The notes under the pieces are model-generated. The model saw only the letters and a program-made list of their open reading frames with translations. It did no database searches and had not been told where the DNA came from. A stretch of DNA of 62,029 nt, filler included, from Choristocarpus tenellus KU-1152 (Eukaryota; Protista; Phaeophyceae), in NCBI GenBank assembly GCA_964200185.2. It is 11 parts of 11 records of this genome, joined end to end, with 100 filler letters (N's around TTAATTAATTAA, not from the genome) between each part and the next. Parts side by side here need not be neighbours in the genome. Positions count along the whole stretch, not along the records: positions 10,985 to 16,024 come from CAXNAD020012077.1; positions 16,125 to 20,324 come from CAXNAD020015729.1; positions 20,425 to 27,539 come from CAXNAD020006670.1; 8 more parts are not named here. One strand, written 5' to 3'. The position numbers and the translations under genes were made by a program. Positions 12,701 through 24,300 of this stretch are shown here, piece by piece; the first letter of the stretch is position 1, and every line of letters begins with the position of its first letter.

Positions 12701-14094
12701 GGTATTATTTCAATCCCAGTCCTAACATACATTGACGGTATTGGCAACATAACCTTTATCGAAGGTGAAGCCTTCCTCTTGCTACCTTGTAAGAATAGAC
12801 CCTCCCTTTCAGACATGGAAAGAGGTTCTTGGTAGCCTCACATGCACCGGAGTATTGATTATCTCTTCTAGCACATTCAGGATATTCAAGATAAGTACAA
12901 GGAAACAAGTCCCCAAGCATCTGCCAAAGAAACATTGCTGGGTAAAATTCGGTGAAAAATTAAAGTGTGGAGAGTAGGTTACAAAGCGCATGCGCGGAGA
13001 ATGTGTTGATCTCAGTGTAAGATCATTCCTATCATTCTTAATTACTTGATTTTGTGCGATGTATCATAAATTGAGGGGTTGGAACCTAGTACACATGAGA
13101 TCTTTATTTATTTCGGACTCTCTTAAATTCAGCATAGAATACTTCCCATTCTTCATACGACTTAATATGATGTATCAGGAATTGAGGGGTTGCAACCTAT
13201 GATAGTGCACACAAGAAACTACCCTATATATTAGAAGGGAAAAAGGCGAAATATGACAAATATATGTATCAGTGCATAAATCTCCTACACATGAATTGGA
13301 AGCTGGGTGTATTAAAGGGGATAGTGTGTTCATGATCATATATATATATATATATATTCCTCGTGTGTTGAGACGTGTAGTGAATGTTAACCAGGCCTGT
13401 ACTATTCCCTCTTGCCCAGGTTACCTTGTGTGAAGAAGTCATACGACGGGAAAACAGAGGGATAATACCATTCTTTGCACAGCCTTGTCCATGCCCAGCA
13501 GTCCATCATTAACGTTGGTGAGAGTTGGGGACCATCATGGGCAAATGCACAGGTAATACATCTGCTTGTTTCATCAAAGGTGTTGATAGTACCCTCATAC
13601 TTCCCTTAACGCTGGTGTACATCTTGTCGTCTGCCCTTCCCTAGTATGGACATACTGACTTTCCCGACCTCGCCATTCTCTGGATGGGTGGAATTTTGTG
13701 TGCCCAGCTGGTCAAGGGCTGTACTTACGAACCCGTGTTGATCTTACACGTAGATGGTGTTGTCACATCTTTTAATAGCCCTTTAATAAATTCACTTCAA
13801 GTAAAGGAACAGCTAACCTTTCTTTCCCAGTCCGTGGTGAGGGTGAATACATCATATCCTTCATCAGGGCATACAATATTTTACCTCGAAATCACACTAG
13901 GCGCACCATGTGTTGTTTGTGGTGTACATACTTTGGGGAAGACCATAGAACTATGACCCTTCCACTAACCCTTATCAACTACTCCAGTATTTTGACATCC
14001 CATCACCAGACACCACCTGCACATCTATTCGCTTCACCTTTGTTGAGGTATGCAATTATCACAAGTATGCAATACATTCACTGGCAGAGCCATA

Positions 14095-14517
14095 TTGCAG
14101 TGCACATGGGAGATCCCCTGTCTTCGGAAGCCCCCACCGTCCATGGGGAACTCCCACTATCAAACTTTTTTCACTTCTTTGCACACATTTTTGATAACCC
14201 AACCCTATCTCAAACCCTAACACCAACCCTAACTTGTGTGTGAAAGGTATCTTTAAGCAGCTAAGGAAACATATTATAAGAGGTGATGAATGAGTATTAT
14301 GTACACTGTGGAACTACGACCTCTCAAGGATCGACTACTTTCCACTTTTGCGCACACTTTTTCGAGAATTTAGCTCCAACCCTACCCCCACCCCTAACCC
14401 TAATCCTAGCCTCTGTGTGAAAAATAACTCTAAGAAATTTAAAAAGGTATGACAGTGGGGGTTCCCCAACAAAAGTGGGGGCTTTGGAAGACAGGAGATC
14501 TACACTGTGCACTGCAG
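14095..14517. mobile_element. MITE with about 75-bp TIRs, TA TSD and internal CCCTAA-containing direct repeats
   Basis: TA|TTGCAGTGCACATGGGAGATCCCCTGTCTTCGGAAGCCCCCAC ... GTGGGGGCTTTGGAAGACAGGAGATCTACACTGTGCACTGCAG|TA; related TIR fragment at about 28809-28848. Confidence 0.75.
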
Positions 14518-15904
14518 TATACACACTCCAGCCATTTCACAGCTATAGCTTCCCTCTTCCTATGTCTACAGACTACAATCCCGAACTACATTGTCAGAAC
14601 ATTTTATTCAGAAATGCCACTCCTTACATATTTTGTTGACAACTCAAATGTTACCCTTAAACGGGGGACTGCCGTTGAGTCTTGTTGGTTTTATGCCCTC
14701 TGTCCGCATTCCATGGTATAAGTTTTTGATGTCTTGACCTGTGACCCTTCAAGAAGGGAGTGCTTCCAATGTAAATATGGGTAAGTCAAAGCATTCTGAG
14801 TTTAAGAAGTTTGTCTTATATAGCAGAGAACGAGATAAGATTTTCAACCTCATGAGGAAGGGAAGTGATGGGCAAGCTGTCAACTGCATGACTGATGGGG
14901 GGATGTGATAGGTATCAAGCTATGATCAGACCAAGCACAAGCAGGTAGATGAGACTGTGCAAGAACTTGCGAGTGAGGGGTACCTCCAGGTGCTAAACTA
15001 CTGCGTAAGCACGGCATCTTGCCCAGACCGTGTCAACGAGAAACACCTAGTTGTAAGCTTGGAGAGCAGCGAGGTGCAGTGGCAACGGAGACCAGGTTGA
15101 AGGGAATCGATACACACCTGTATGCATTATTGGAACCATGGCAAGCCCGCGTCTCTGAGCAGGCATGCCCTTCATCAATTAACCTCTATCATGTCTACAC
15201 AGAATGGGAGGGATTCCGGCGATTGTCGTCAAGTAAAGACACGCCTAAGTGCGACTCAACTGGCTGGCTGGCTTGTTTATCACTTTGCGAGGAAAAACAA
15301 CTCAGTAGTCATAGCCTTGAGCGGCTAAACTTCTGGCTGGAATCTCCGGAGCTCGTGTTGGGACCAAATCACGTTGCGGGTGCCTGCGTACATAAAGATA
15401 TACCATGTGATGCCTGATCATAGGCAGTTATGAGAGAATTTGCTAGCAATGACGTCAAGCCGTACCGCAATAGGGAGGCATATGTTGACCTACTTTGACG
15501 GCAACATGTTAGTCGTATGTGATAAAATAAACAGGCTTCAAAACAAGTTTCTTCTACTCGATGTTTGTCTCCGGCAGTTCAGGCTGCCCGAAGGGACCAA
15601 AATTGTGTATGAGTGGTGGGGGGGAAGGTCTTGAGGATACTCAATTTCTGAGGATTGATGGAAGGGGGAAAGGGCGTGATATTACCCTGCAGGTGGTGTG
15701 TACAGGGCTGGAGGAATAGGATTCACACACTGCCTGCTATAAATTGATATGCATAGATATTACGTTCTGTACTTGTATCCAGGGGATCTATAAGTCTGAG
15801 AAAAAGTCCTTGCAGGTGATGATAAAATGCATGTAAATATGTGTGTCCTTTGCCCATAAATGTATAGGATATGGATACCTGCTTACCCTTAAATGTTGAC
15901 AGTT

Positions 15905-16024
15905 TTATTTTATGACATTTTACTACCACAAAATGTTTCAGAATAGGTAAAATGTATGCGTCATGAAAAGTTGTGTCCGGAACATGGATATTGACACTTC
16001 CTAACAAACACAATAGCCAATATT
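15905..16024. mobile_element. MITE family A, partial, at contig end
   Basis: Aligns to 1388-1495. Confidence 0.75.
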
Positions 16025-16548
16025 NNNNNNNNNNNNNNNNNNNNNNNNNNNNNNNNNNNNNNNNNNNNTTAATTAATTAANNNNNNNNNNNNNNNNNNNN
16101 NNNNNNNNNNNNNNNNNNNNNNNNCCCCCCAGATACTTCGGGTCTGGAGGGTTAATCTTGGCTTCAGACCCAATGATGGCAGAGTCCAAGGACACAGAGG
16201 ACAATACAGATTGTGGATGAGCCTCATATGACCCTCAGCCACTTGGTTACTATTTTTTCTTGAGTGTTAGATGCTTCAAAACTTGTCGGTTACAACTTCT
16301 CCAAAATAGTTCTACTACAAAGATGTAGTATCAATCGGTATCAATCAGTTACAGTCGCAGTTGAGATTTCTTGACCGATTGGCAGGAAAAAGAGTGTTCA
16401 GCTAGACCTCGGCTGCTGGGAATGCCTTCCAATATTTGTGGAAACCCTATACATTTTGCTCATTCTACGTTGTTTAATGCAATCCACTCCACCAAGAAGC
16501 CACATAAACACCATAAACCTGTGAGCTGTAAGCCTGTAAGCATCAGAG

Positions 16549-16619
16549 GAGTGAAAGAATCTTAGAGGGTACGAGTCTTACCCTATTTTGGGGCTTGGCT
16601 TCCCATGTTTTTTTTATGA
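16549..16619. mobile_element. MITE family A, terminal fragment
   Basis: GAGTGAAAGAATCTTAGAGGGTACGAG...GGCTTGGCTTCCCATG. Confidence 0.7.
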
Positions 16620-16722
16620 TAGATACAGGTCAAAAGGAAACCACAGCAGGGGATCGGTAAACAAGTTGAACCCAATGCTCATCCTCAATCCCTCGGCACT
16701 CTAACTTCACCCTTCCTCTCAC

Positions 16723-19700
16723 CTTAAGTGCAGCAGTACAAGATGATTCAGCTGCCTCTCTGTCCAGTACAGTCATCACCAAGGCCCCTTCCTTGCTCTC
16801 TGGGTCCTCTGGCCAATTCACCTGGAGTGCTATCGTAAGTCTCCCTTTCTCAATAATAGCAGATTCCGGTGCTCGCATCTCCACTCTTGCATGGACACTA
16901 AGTGTCTGGCGGTGAGGTGGGGCCATAATTACCTGCTGATAGGTCAGTTGAACCTCTCCTGTGGAAAGAAGTAAGTGGGGGGGAGTACTGTATGAGACAA
17001 GGGGATGGATGTGATTGGATAGAAAAATGAAAGGTTTGATCCTCGTTCACATCCCCCTGTTAACGTCGCCCATACCCAAGAGGAGAGTCAAAGCATTGAA
17101 GAGAGTAGGGCAGTGTCCGATTGGGATCATAAATCCCCAAGCTGCGATTTTGATGTATATTGGCTATCGTGTTTGCTAGCAATTGTCGATATCCTTGCTC
17201 TGGACACACCCTTCATAGTTATATACATTTTAGGTAACTGTATTACATAGAAAACCGAAAATGGACATAATAAACCCATGGGAAGCCAAGCCCTGAACAG
17301 ACAAGCAGGGCAAAACTCATAGTCTCTTAAATGCTTTGGTCAGGATGAATGTGGCGCTTCTTATAACTTGACGTCAAGAAGAGGAAGGTCCAATTTTGAA
17401 CTAGCTCCTTCTCAGCAGTGAGTATTGTTTGAGGTGTTTGTAAATACTCCGAAGGCTTTGCAGCATACTCCCTCTGTCCCATAAGTCTGGGCCGTTAAGT
17501 TGTAGCTCTTCGGGATGACCTCCGACTACAAAACGGACCTTTGCGTTGGATTCAATGTCATATTTTACATTAAAAATTATGTCTCGCCTTTATTCGACAC
17601 GGTCAACCCACCAATCCCGGGCTGCTGCAGAGACAGTCCAGTCTACTTGGACTGATCTAGCTCTACCTCAAAATCGTTCCCCCCCAGCACCCTTAAAACC
17701 TGATTGTAACTCTTAAACAGACTCTGCCACACCCTCTCAAGCGTGTCTGCATCGTAAGCATGGAACATGCTTGAAACCCCTCTACAATTCATCAATGGTG
17801 CTGTAACACTCCTCCCAAACCCTGCTCTTCAGAGAGGCAAAACTCCCCAAATCATTGATGTTGAGATCCGGCGACTGTACTGGCTGCATCACGAGCTTAA
17901 TGTTCCATCCCTCCTCCATCCCTGCTGCATTCAGCTTCTGCACTGTGCCCTTGCCTATATGAAGAGTCACGCCATCTTTCTGTATGGAGGCCCCCTCCGA
18001 TTCCTGTCATGGCATTTTTTCCTTAATAGCTGGCAACAGATGCTTCGTGTACCACTCCAGTTACCACTCTGCGTCGACAGCGATGTCGACCTCGTACTCC
18101 TCGCCCTTCGGGCGTCGCGCTGTAGTCCGTTGTACCTCCCTCAAGACACAAACCCACCAGACCCTGATCTTGCTGTCAAAATCATGGGAAGGACCCGGGC
18201 ACGAAATGGCGGAGATGAGCAGCACTTTGGGAATGTGACTCTTGTGTTGCGCCTTCGTCGAGCCCACCTTTTCCTCCCCTGTTGAACAGGAACATGCGCA
18301 CAACCCAAAGCATTGAAGGGGGGAGGAGTTTTTCCCTGCTTGTTTGTTCGGGGCTTGGCTTTCAACGGGTTTATTGTGCCCCTTTTCGGTTTTCTGTGTG
18401 AACACAGTTACCTAAATGTATGTAACTATGAAAGGTGTGTCCGGAGCAAGGATATTGACACTTGCTAATAAACACGATAGCCAAAATCCATCAAACTCAC
18501 AACAGTGGATTTATGATCCAGAACGGACGCGGCCCTACCCTCTAAGATACTTTGATACTTTGACTCCACCATCTCTCGTTTGTGGATGATAGAACCACAC
18601 CTCGTCAATGTGAATGATGTTGAGGCCAGTCCTATAGGTTTTGCAGTAGCGGGAGATCTGATTGAGGAGGAAGTCCACCCTGTTCTTCTTGTGAGAAAAC
18701 GAAAGGCTAGGGGTGACACGCCACTGAACCCTCGTTGCCCTGATGGCTTCGAGCCAGCGAGACCCAAAGTATCTGGGGAGGGGGGGGGGCTGTCTACACC
18801 AGGGTGTCCATTTGGTTTAAAACCAAGAAAATTGCACTTGCAATATCCATCCGACGTGAGTCAAATTATCTTAGAGGGTAGGGCTGTGTCCGTTCTGGAT
18901 CATAAATCCACTGTTGTGAGTTTGATGGATTTTGGCTATCGTGTTTATTAGCAAGTGTCAATATCCTTGCTCCGGACACACCTTTCATAGTCATATACAT
19001 TTTAGGTAGCTGTGTTCACACAGAAAACCGAAAAGGGGCACAATAAACCCGTGGAAAGCCAAGCCCCGAACAAACAAGCAGGGAAAAACTCCTCCCTTCC
19101 TAAATGCTTTGGGTAACGTATGCAACCAAATCACCCAAAAATCGCGACATGAAAAAATTGAACCCAAATGGACAGCTGCCACCCCCCCCCCAGATAGTTT
19201 GAATCCAATGAAGCTTTGAGCTGCCAACTGCAAGGTCCACTTCAGCAAGCTTGGTGGAAAGTTGATCGATAGTCAGTGTGCGATTACTGGCATTGTTTTC
19301 CCGGATATTTGCTTGTTTTGTTGGCATAAAGTCTGACAGCCGTCCAGATCATGCCTGCGATTTCAGGGAGATGGTATTCCCCCTGTCTAGCTGCTCTTTG
19401 ATGCGTGCCCACACCTGTCTAGGGTATCTCTCCCCCACTCCAAACTCTTTCACCAATTTAGACCCTGCACCCCTTGGGAGCCTCGTGACCCGGAGGAAGG
19501 GCCAATGCATAACACAGAGCAACCGTGGTCCGACCTGCCTCGGTCAGGTCGCAATTCTTCCCCAAGACGGTGGGCTTTGTGCCAGGAACGACAGGCTGTG
19601 GGGGCTCACCATGGGGGTTGTGAGGGTGTTGTGTGTGCAGCTCCACGCTGCAGCAGGAACATTAAAAAATGATAAGAATATGCCCTATTCTGTGTTCCAT

Positions 19701-20196
19701 TCTTTCGGAACTATTTCAGAACAGAATTCTTTGCAGAATTCTTTGAAATCTAGTTTTTTTTTATGTATAATATTCCAAGGAATCCAACATAAAAATCCGT
19801 TTTGTAATCGAAGGTCATCCCGAAGACCAATAAATTAAAGGCCAAATTAATTTATTACCACATGTATGGGACGAGGAGTATATGTCCTTGCTCCAAACCC
19901 TGCGCATCGACTGCACCAGTGTGCAGCTGGCAAGAGGAACCCTCTATCTAGGGAGAGATGAGCATAGTAAGGCAATCCTATTGTGAGATGACTTAGGACC
20001 ACCTATATTGCATATAGAGGATCGCACCTAAGAAATCTCCACTTCCATAGGCATCATGGTCCCAAATCTCAAACCGTAGTCCTTCCCTAGGACCCTTCCC
20101 CACGGGCCCAGGCAAGGTATAGGCTTCGTCCCAGATTGGAAAAAGGGTCATCGGTATGACCTTTGTCTTTTTGATCTCCTTATTATCCAGGAATAC
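16723..20196 (-). CDS. C2-domain protein (partial); exons 20196-20028 and 16958-16723
   Basis: Spliced product VFLDNKEIKKTKVIPMTLFPIWDEAYTLP...LRFEIWDHDAYGSGDFL(G)EVQLTYQQVIMAPP... carries the C2 motifs KTKVIxxTLxPxWDE and EIWDHDxxGxxDFLGEV; phase-1 GT-AG intron of 3069 bp. Confidence 0.82.
17085..17341. mobile_element. MITE family A2, full length
   Basis: AGGA|GAGTCAAAGCATTGAAGAGAGT ... CTCTTAAATGCTTTGGTC|AGGA; perfect 4-bp TSD. Confidence 0.88.
18302..18566. mobile_element. MITE family A2 inserted in the mariner transposase
   Basis: ACCCAAAGCATTGAAGGG ... ACCCTCTAAGATACTTTGATACTTTGACTC; flanks CACA/CACC match 3 of 4; transposase motifs continue on both sides. Confidence 0.85.
18761..19205. 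mobile_element. MITE family B inserted in the mariner transposase and itself interrupted
   Basis: GACCCAAAGTATCTGGGG ... CCCCCAGATAGTTTGAATC; removing it joins SSKLH to RWLEAIR. Confidence 0.82.
18858..19115. mobile_element. MITE family A2 nested in family B
   Basis: ACGT|GAGTCAAATTATCTTAGAGGGT ... TAAATGCTTTGGGTA|ACGT; the empty site CCATCCGACGTATGCAACC is seen on the minus strand of the B copy near 27656-27674. Confidence 0.9.
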
Positions 20197-20424
20197 CTGT
20201 CAATGCAGCCAGTGGGAACGACAAGAGTTTCACTTGATGGCGACATTGTACCTGCACCACGAAGATAGATCTGTCAGGGTGGCCTTGCTTCAAGAACAAA
20301 GAGGCTTAAAGTATCTGGGGGGGGNNNNNNNNNNNNNNNNNNNNNNNNNNNNNNNNNNNNNNNNNNNNTTAATTAATTAANNNNNNNNNNNNNNNNNNNN
20401 NNNNNNNNNNNNNNNNNNNNNNNN

Positions 20425-20585
20425 AGATGTCAGCATCCTTGTCCTGGACACAACTTTTCATAGCATAGGCATTTTACCTACTCCGAAACATTTTGGAGTA
20501 GGTAGAATGCCTTAAAACCCGTGGGAAGCCAAGGCCCAAATGGACAAACAGGGAAAAACTCGTACCCTCTAAGATACTTTTACTC
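20425..20585. mobile_element. MITE family A, partial, at contig start
   Basis: Ends GTACCCTCTAAGATACTTTTACTC. Confidence 0.8.
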
Positions 20586-21310
20586 AGTGCAAGAGCACTG
20601 CAAAGAAGGGCCATAGTATCCTAGAGAGGGAGATGTTTAGCCCAGGTTGTCCATTCGGGGTTTGATGAGGTGCTGTAAGATACCCCAGTTGGACGCCCGT
20701 TTTAAAATGACGATCCTTCAAACTTGGTTCAGGCAAGGGAATGGAAAAGTAAGTTGTGTTCGGATAAAAAACTACCCATACACCTGACACATTTGCTAAT
20801 AGGAGATGGAAACCACAACAGGGTCAGACAGGCCCCCAATGGACGCCGAATCCACCCTCTAGGATACTATGGATCTGTACCCTGGATTAGTAACAGATAG
20901 AGCACTATACAAATACTTTTCCATTCTTGTAAAATGCCCTTAATTGTTTAACACTTTCAATAACACAGGCAAACCCTACTGAAAACTTGTGATACACCTG
21001 ACACTGCTGCAACTAACTCTTTCTCAAACTCGAACAGGGTGCCTAAAATGGGATATATTCTTGGTGGTGCATAACATTGTATGCCCAAAGCACCATATAT
21101 GCCAAGCTTGTTTCCTTCCTTGTCAGTCACGCTTGTGTTTCATCTCAGAAGAGTAAGTCATCTATCATTTGTATGGTGGGTTGAAACCCGGCCATTCCCA
21201 TAGCTACTCATTTAGTGGTGTTGCACCTCCTGGTTTTCAACACCAATATTCCCCCCCTTCTACGTGTTAATAAAGGTAACAGTAATCTTAGTATTTCCTC
21301 ACCCACATAC

Positions 21311-24300
21311 TTCAGAGCAAGCCACCAAAGCTTCCCTCCTCTGTTCCTGTGATACGGTTGCTTCATCCCACTCCATCTTCCGCCGTAGATTCCTACCCCA
21401 CCCCTGCAACTCCTCACCAACCATCTCCCCAGTAACATGGCGAGTGCCTGCAGCAGTGATACTTCGAAGGCCTAGCTCAGAGAGCAGACGTGTGCTGACT
21501 TCATCACTGTGGTTATGAAAAGGAAGTGTGTAGGTAGTTGGAAATACTACCTGGAACATTGTTGCTTTAATCATCAAGGAATATACGCTGCCAAAAAAAC
21601 GGGAATTGAATATTCTGCGACATGCTTCAGATAAATATACAGCTTAGTCACCTGTTCAACATGTTTCTCGTTTTCTAGTGTGGGAAAAGAACAACATACC
21701 TACTACCTTACTATCTGTCATAGGAAATTATATCCACCTCTTGTACAGAAATCCTTGTTGTACCAAAGTGTAAGTAGTACAACCACAGTATCAGAGCAAT
21801 AGCAAATTTGGACATATATTATGGTGTCATCATCTTATGTTTTTCTCTCCCCCCTGGCAAAACCTGCAAAACGTCAGTGGGCAAAAGTTGACATATAAGG
21901 GACAACAAAGCTCAACAAACTTACTCGTCCGTGATGAGCCATTCCCCAAGCGCCTTTTTCATTGCCTTAGACACACAAAGATCATCCTTCGGCCAGGAAA
22001 GTAGTGAGGATGGCTCGACCACCTGCAGACATATGACAACGATCGATGGCATGAAAATAACGTCATACACAGTATCCACCACATTATATTGAATAGAAAA
22101 GTGCAGTACACCTAGGTGATACATCCGTTTTTATAGTAAACCACAGCTGTTAGCTGTGTACATGAGAAATCAAGAGTTCTTTAGCCCTGTGCGAGATGAG
22201 GTTGTGAGTAATGCCATATTGTACGCTAGCTCAACGTCAAACAGAACTATGGATATTGTTCCTCTTCTAGTTGTGGCATTTCCTAACACAATGTTGTCAC
22301 GACTTGGACAGATATCGAGGAATTGCCATGTTGGAAACCATGAAAACTGTAACTGTGAAAACTTCTCAAAATATCTACAATTTGTGATCCTATGACACTT
22401 GGACCACAATGCACCTATTAATACAATATTCATGATGCAATCTGTGGCATTCTGTTCGTTGTTTTAAGCAATGAGGTGTCAACTCTGAGGCACAGCACAA
22501 TCTACATCATATAGGAAAATTTAAATTCGATGGCGAAGTAAGAACTGTACAATTTACCAGGTCTCGAATGACCTTCCTGTGGCCCCCGTCCAGAGAGCAA
22601 GTTTCTTCAGGTCGGTCTCCATACTACTAAGGCTCATAACCTGTGCAATTTACCTTTGGAAGTAATGCTATTTATTAGTAGTGAAGACCAAAAGGTGTGA
22701 AGCCTCGCACGGTTCCCCATTGCTGAACGTGATTACATGGTTGGAATTAGAAGAGTGACCTTTGTGGGGTGTCTTCTAATTGTTTGATTTATTATTATTT
22801 TGTGCTTCCCTATATAAGTCAACGGTTATGTCAAAGTAGTTGAATGCAGAATAAAAACCCATACGTAATCCCATTCTTAATCCGGATGTACTATCTCATT
22901 AGTTACATCTCTCATACACAAAATAAAGTACACCTTACTATTGTCCTATTTTCCACAAGAACTGTCCGCTCCATGTTCTGTAGTGTATTTCTAAACGCAA
23001 AGTCCAGTCAACATCACATTTTTAACCTACAGTTATCTCTCACAACTATCGCAAGTAATCCACATTGCAACGTTTGGTGCAGCACCATCAAATATTGAGA
23101 TGCTACTGTTCCATCAGGGCAGATAGTTGAGCGGCCAAGAAAATAGGCCATTGGTATGGTGTTACCATCCATGCAGTTTAAGGTAATGACTCACAGATCA
23201 ATGAATGTTTACCTTGGCACAAAGTAATATGATTTCTAAAGTACAGCAGATCAACCCTAGATTGAATAGAGCTTTACTTGAATTCCTTCATCACGCCCTC
23301 CTCCCTATCTCTTTCTCTTACTCTGCTTTTCCCAGGCCATTTATTGGTAGAAAGTTGTGTTGCTTGCTGAACTTTCCAGCGCCTCTGCTTCATGTCACTA
23401 TCTCGACTTCCACCAACCCCCATACGCTCTGACACCCTGGGAGTTGATTTCCATTGTGCAATGTATTACTTGGAAGCAAGACTACTTTTTGTAACAATTT
23501 TCCACAATAGTTCAGTGTTCATAAACAACCGCTGAGGGTTGGGGTAGGGGTGGACTAATGGCTGGGCTATGGGAGTCTTTGTAGTGCATATGTGTAGACT
23601 TGTCTATTCTTTAGAACAGGTGGTCAGTAGCACTATACATGGTGTTATGGTGCAGCGTGTTTGTCCAGAGACGTGACCATCTAACACCTGCTTTGGGATA
23701 GAAGCACATGTAACTGGGCTCATCTAGTCAGGTGTGATATAGTTGCAGAGCCAAGGTACTCACAAGCAATGCATGCAAGCACACTTTGAAGAATAATGGA
23801 ATGAGGTATTTTCCACGCCAGTTAGTTGCAACCATTAGATTTCAACGTTATATTTATCAACATCTTGTGTCTAGTGAGGAAGGAACACATGTGGTTTGGG
23901 GCTGCAGAACGGGCAACATGTTGTTATCTTCGGCATCATAAAAAAAAATGTGTTCTTATCAGATGTTTCTCCTTTCGGGGTAACACTCACCATACTCTAA
24001 GGTTTCCCTCATTTTGGAGAGCTGCATCAAGGGCCTCATTAGCGTCCTTTGTGCTCTCACAAACCCACACCGCCAGAGAATTCCCTTGCAAATATGTCAA
24101 GAGCAGGGGTTCATGCCCAACACATGTAAGTTTTGGGAATCCTGACCGGGTCAGCCCCAAAGACAAGATGTTTCAGAAAGTACCTTCGACACTATGTAGC
24201 CTACCAAGAAATATACCCAAGAAATAAGACAATATACTCACTGATAAGCAGATTACACAACACAAGAAAAGTGATTTCGAGTACAGGTTGCAACATGCTC

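Larger units (their letters stand above)
17640..19580 (-). pseudogene. Mariner transposase pseudogene interrupted by MITEs
   Basis: HTH region RLPRGAGSKLVKEFGVGERYPRQVWAR (about 19490-19410), IHIDEVWFY (about 18615-18590), KSHIPKVLLISAISCP, IQKDGVTLH and QPVQSPDLNINDLGSF; stops and frameshifts present. Confidence 0.88.
17468..19878 (-). mobile_element. Full-length decayed Tc1/mariner element of the plant-mariner (DD39D/GT, Osmar/Soymar, Stowaway-type) clade
   Basis: TA|CTCCCTCTGTCCCATA left TIR and TATGGGACGAGGAG|TA right TIR; transposase remnants inside. Confidence 0.85.

Noticed and set aside
15019-15634. Coding-like plus-strand ORFs
   Set aside because: No recognisable motifs or consistent splice sites; possibly a decayed TE but unsupported.
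17767-18285. 172-aa plus-strand ORF
   Set aside because: Antisense shadow of the mariner transposase.
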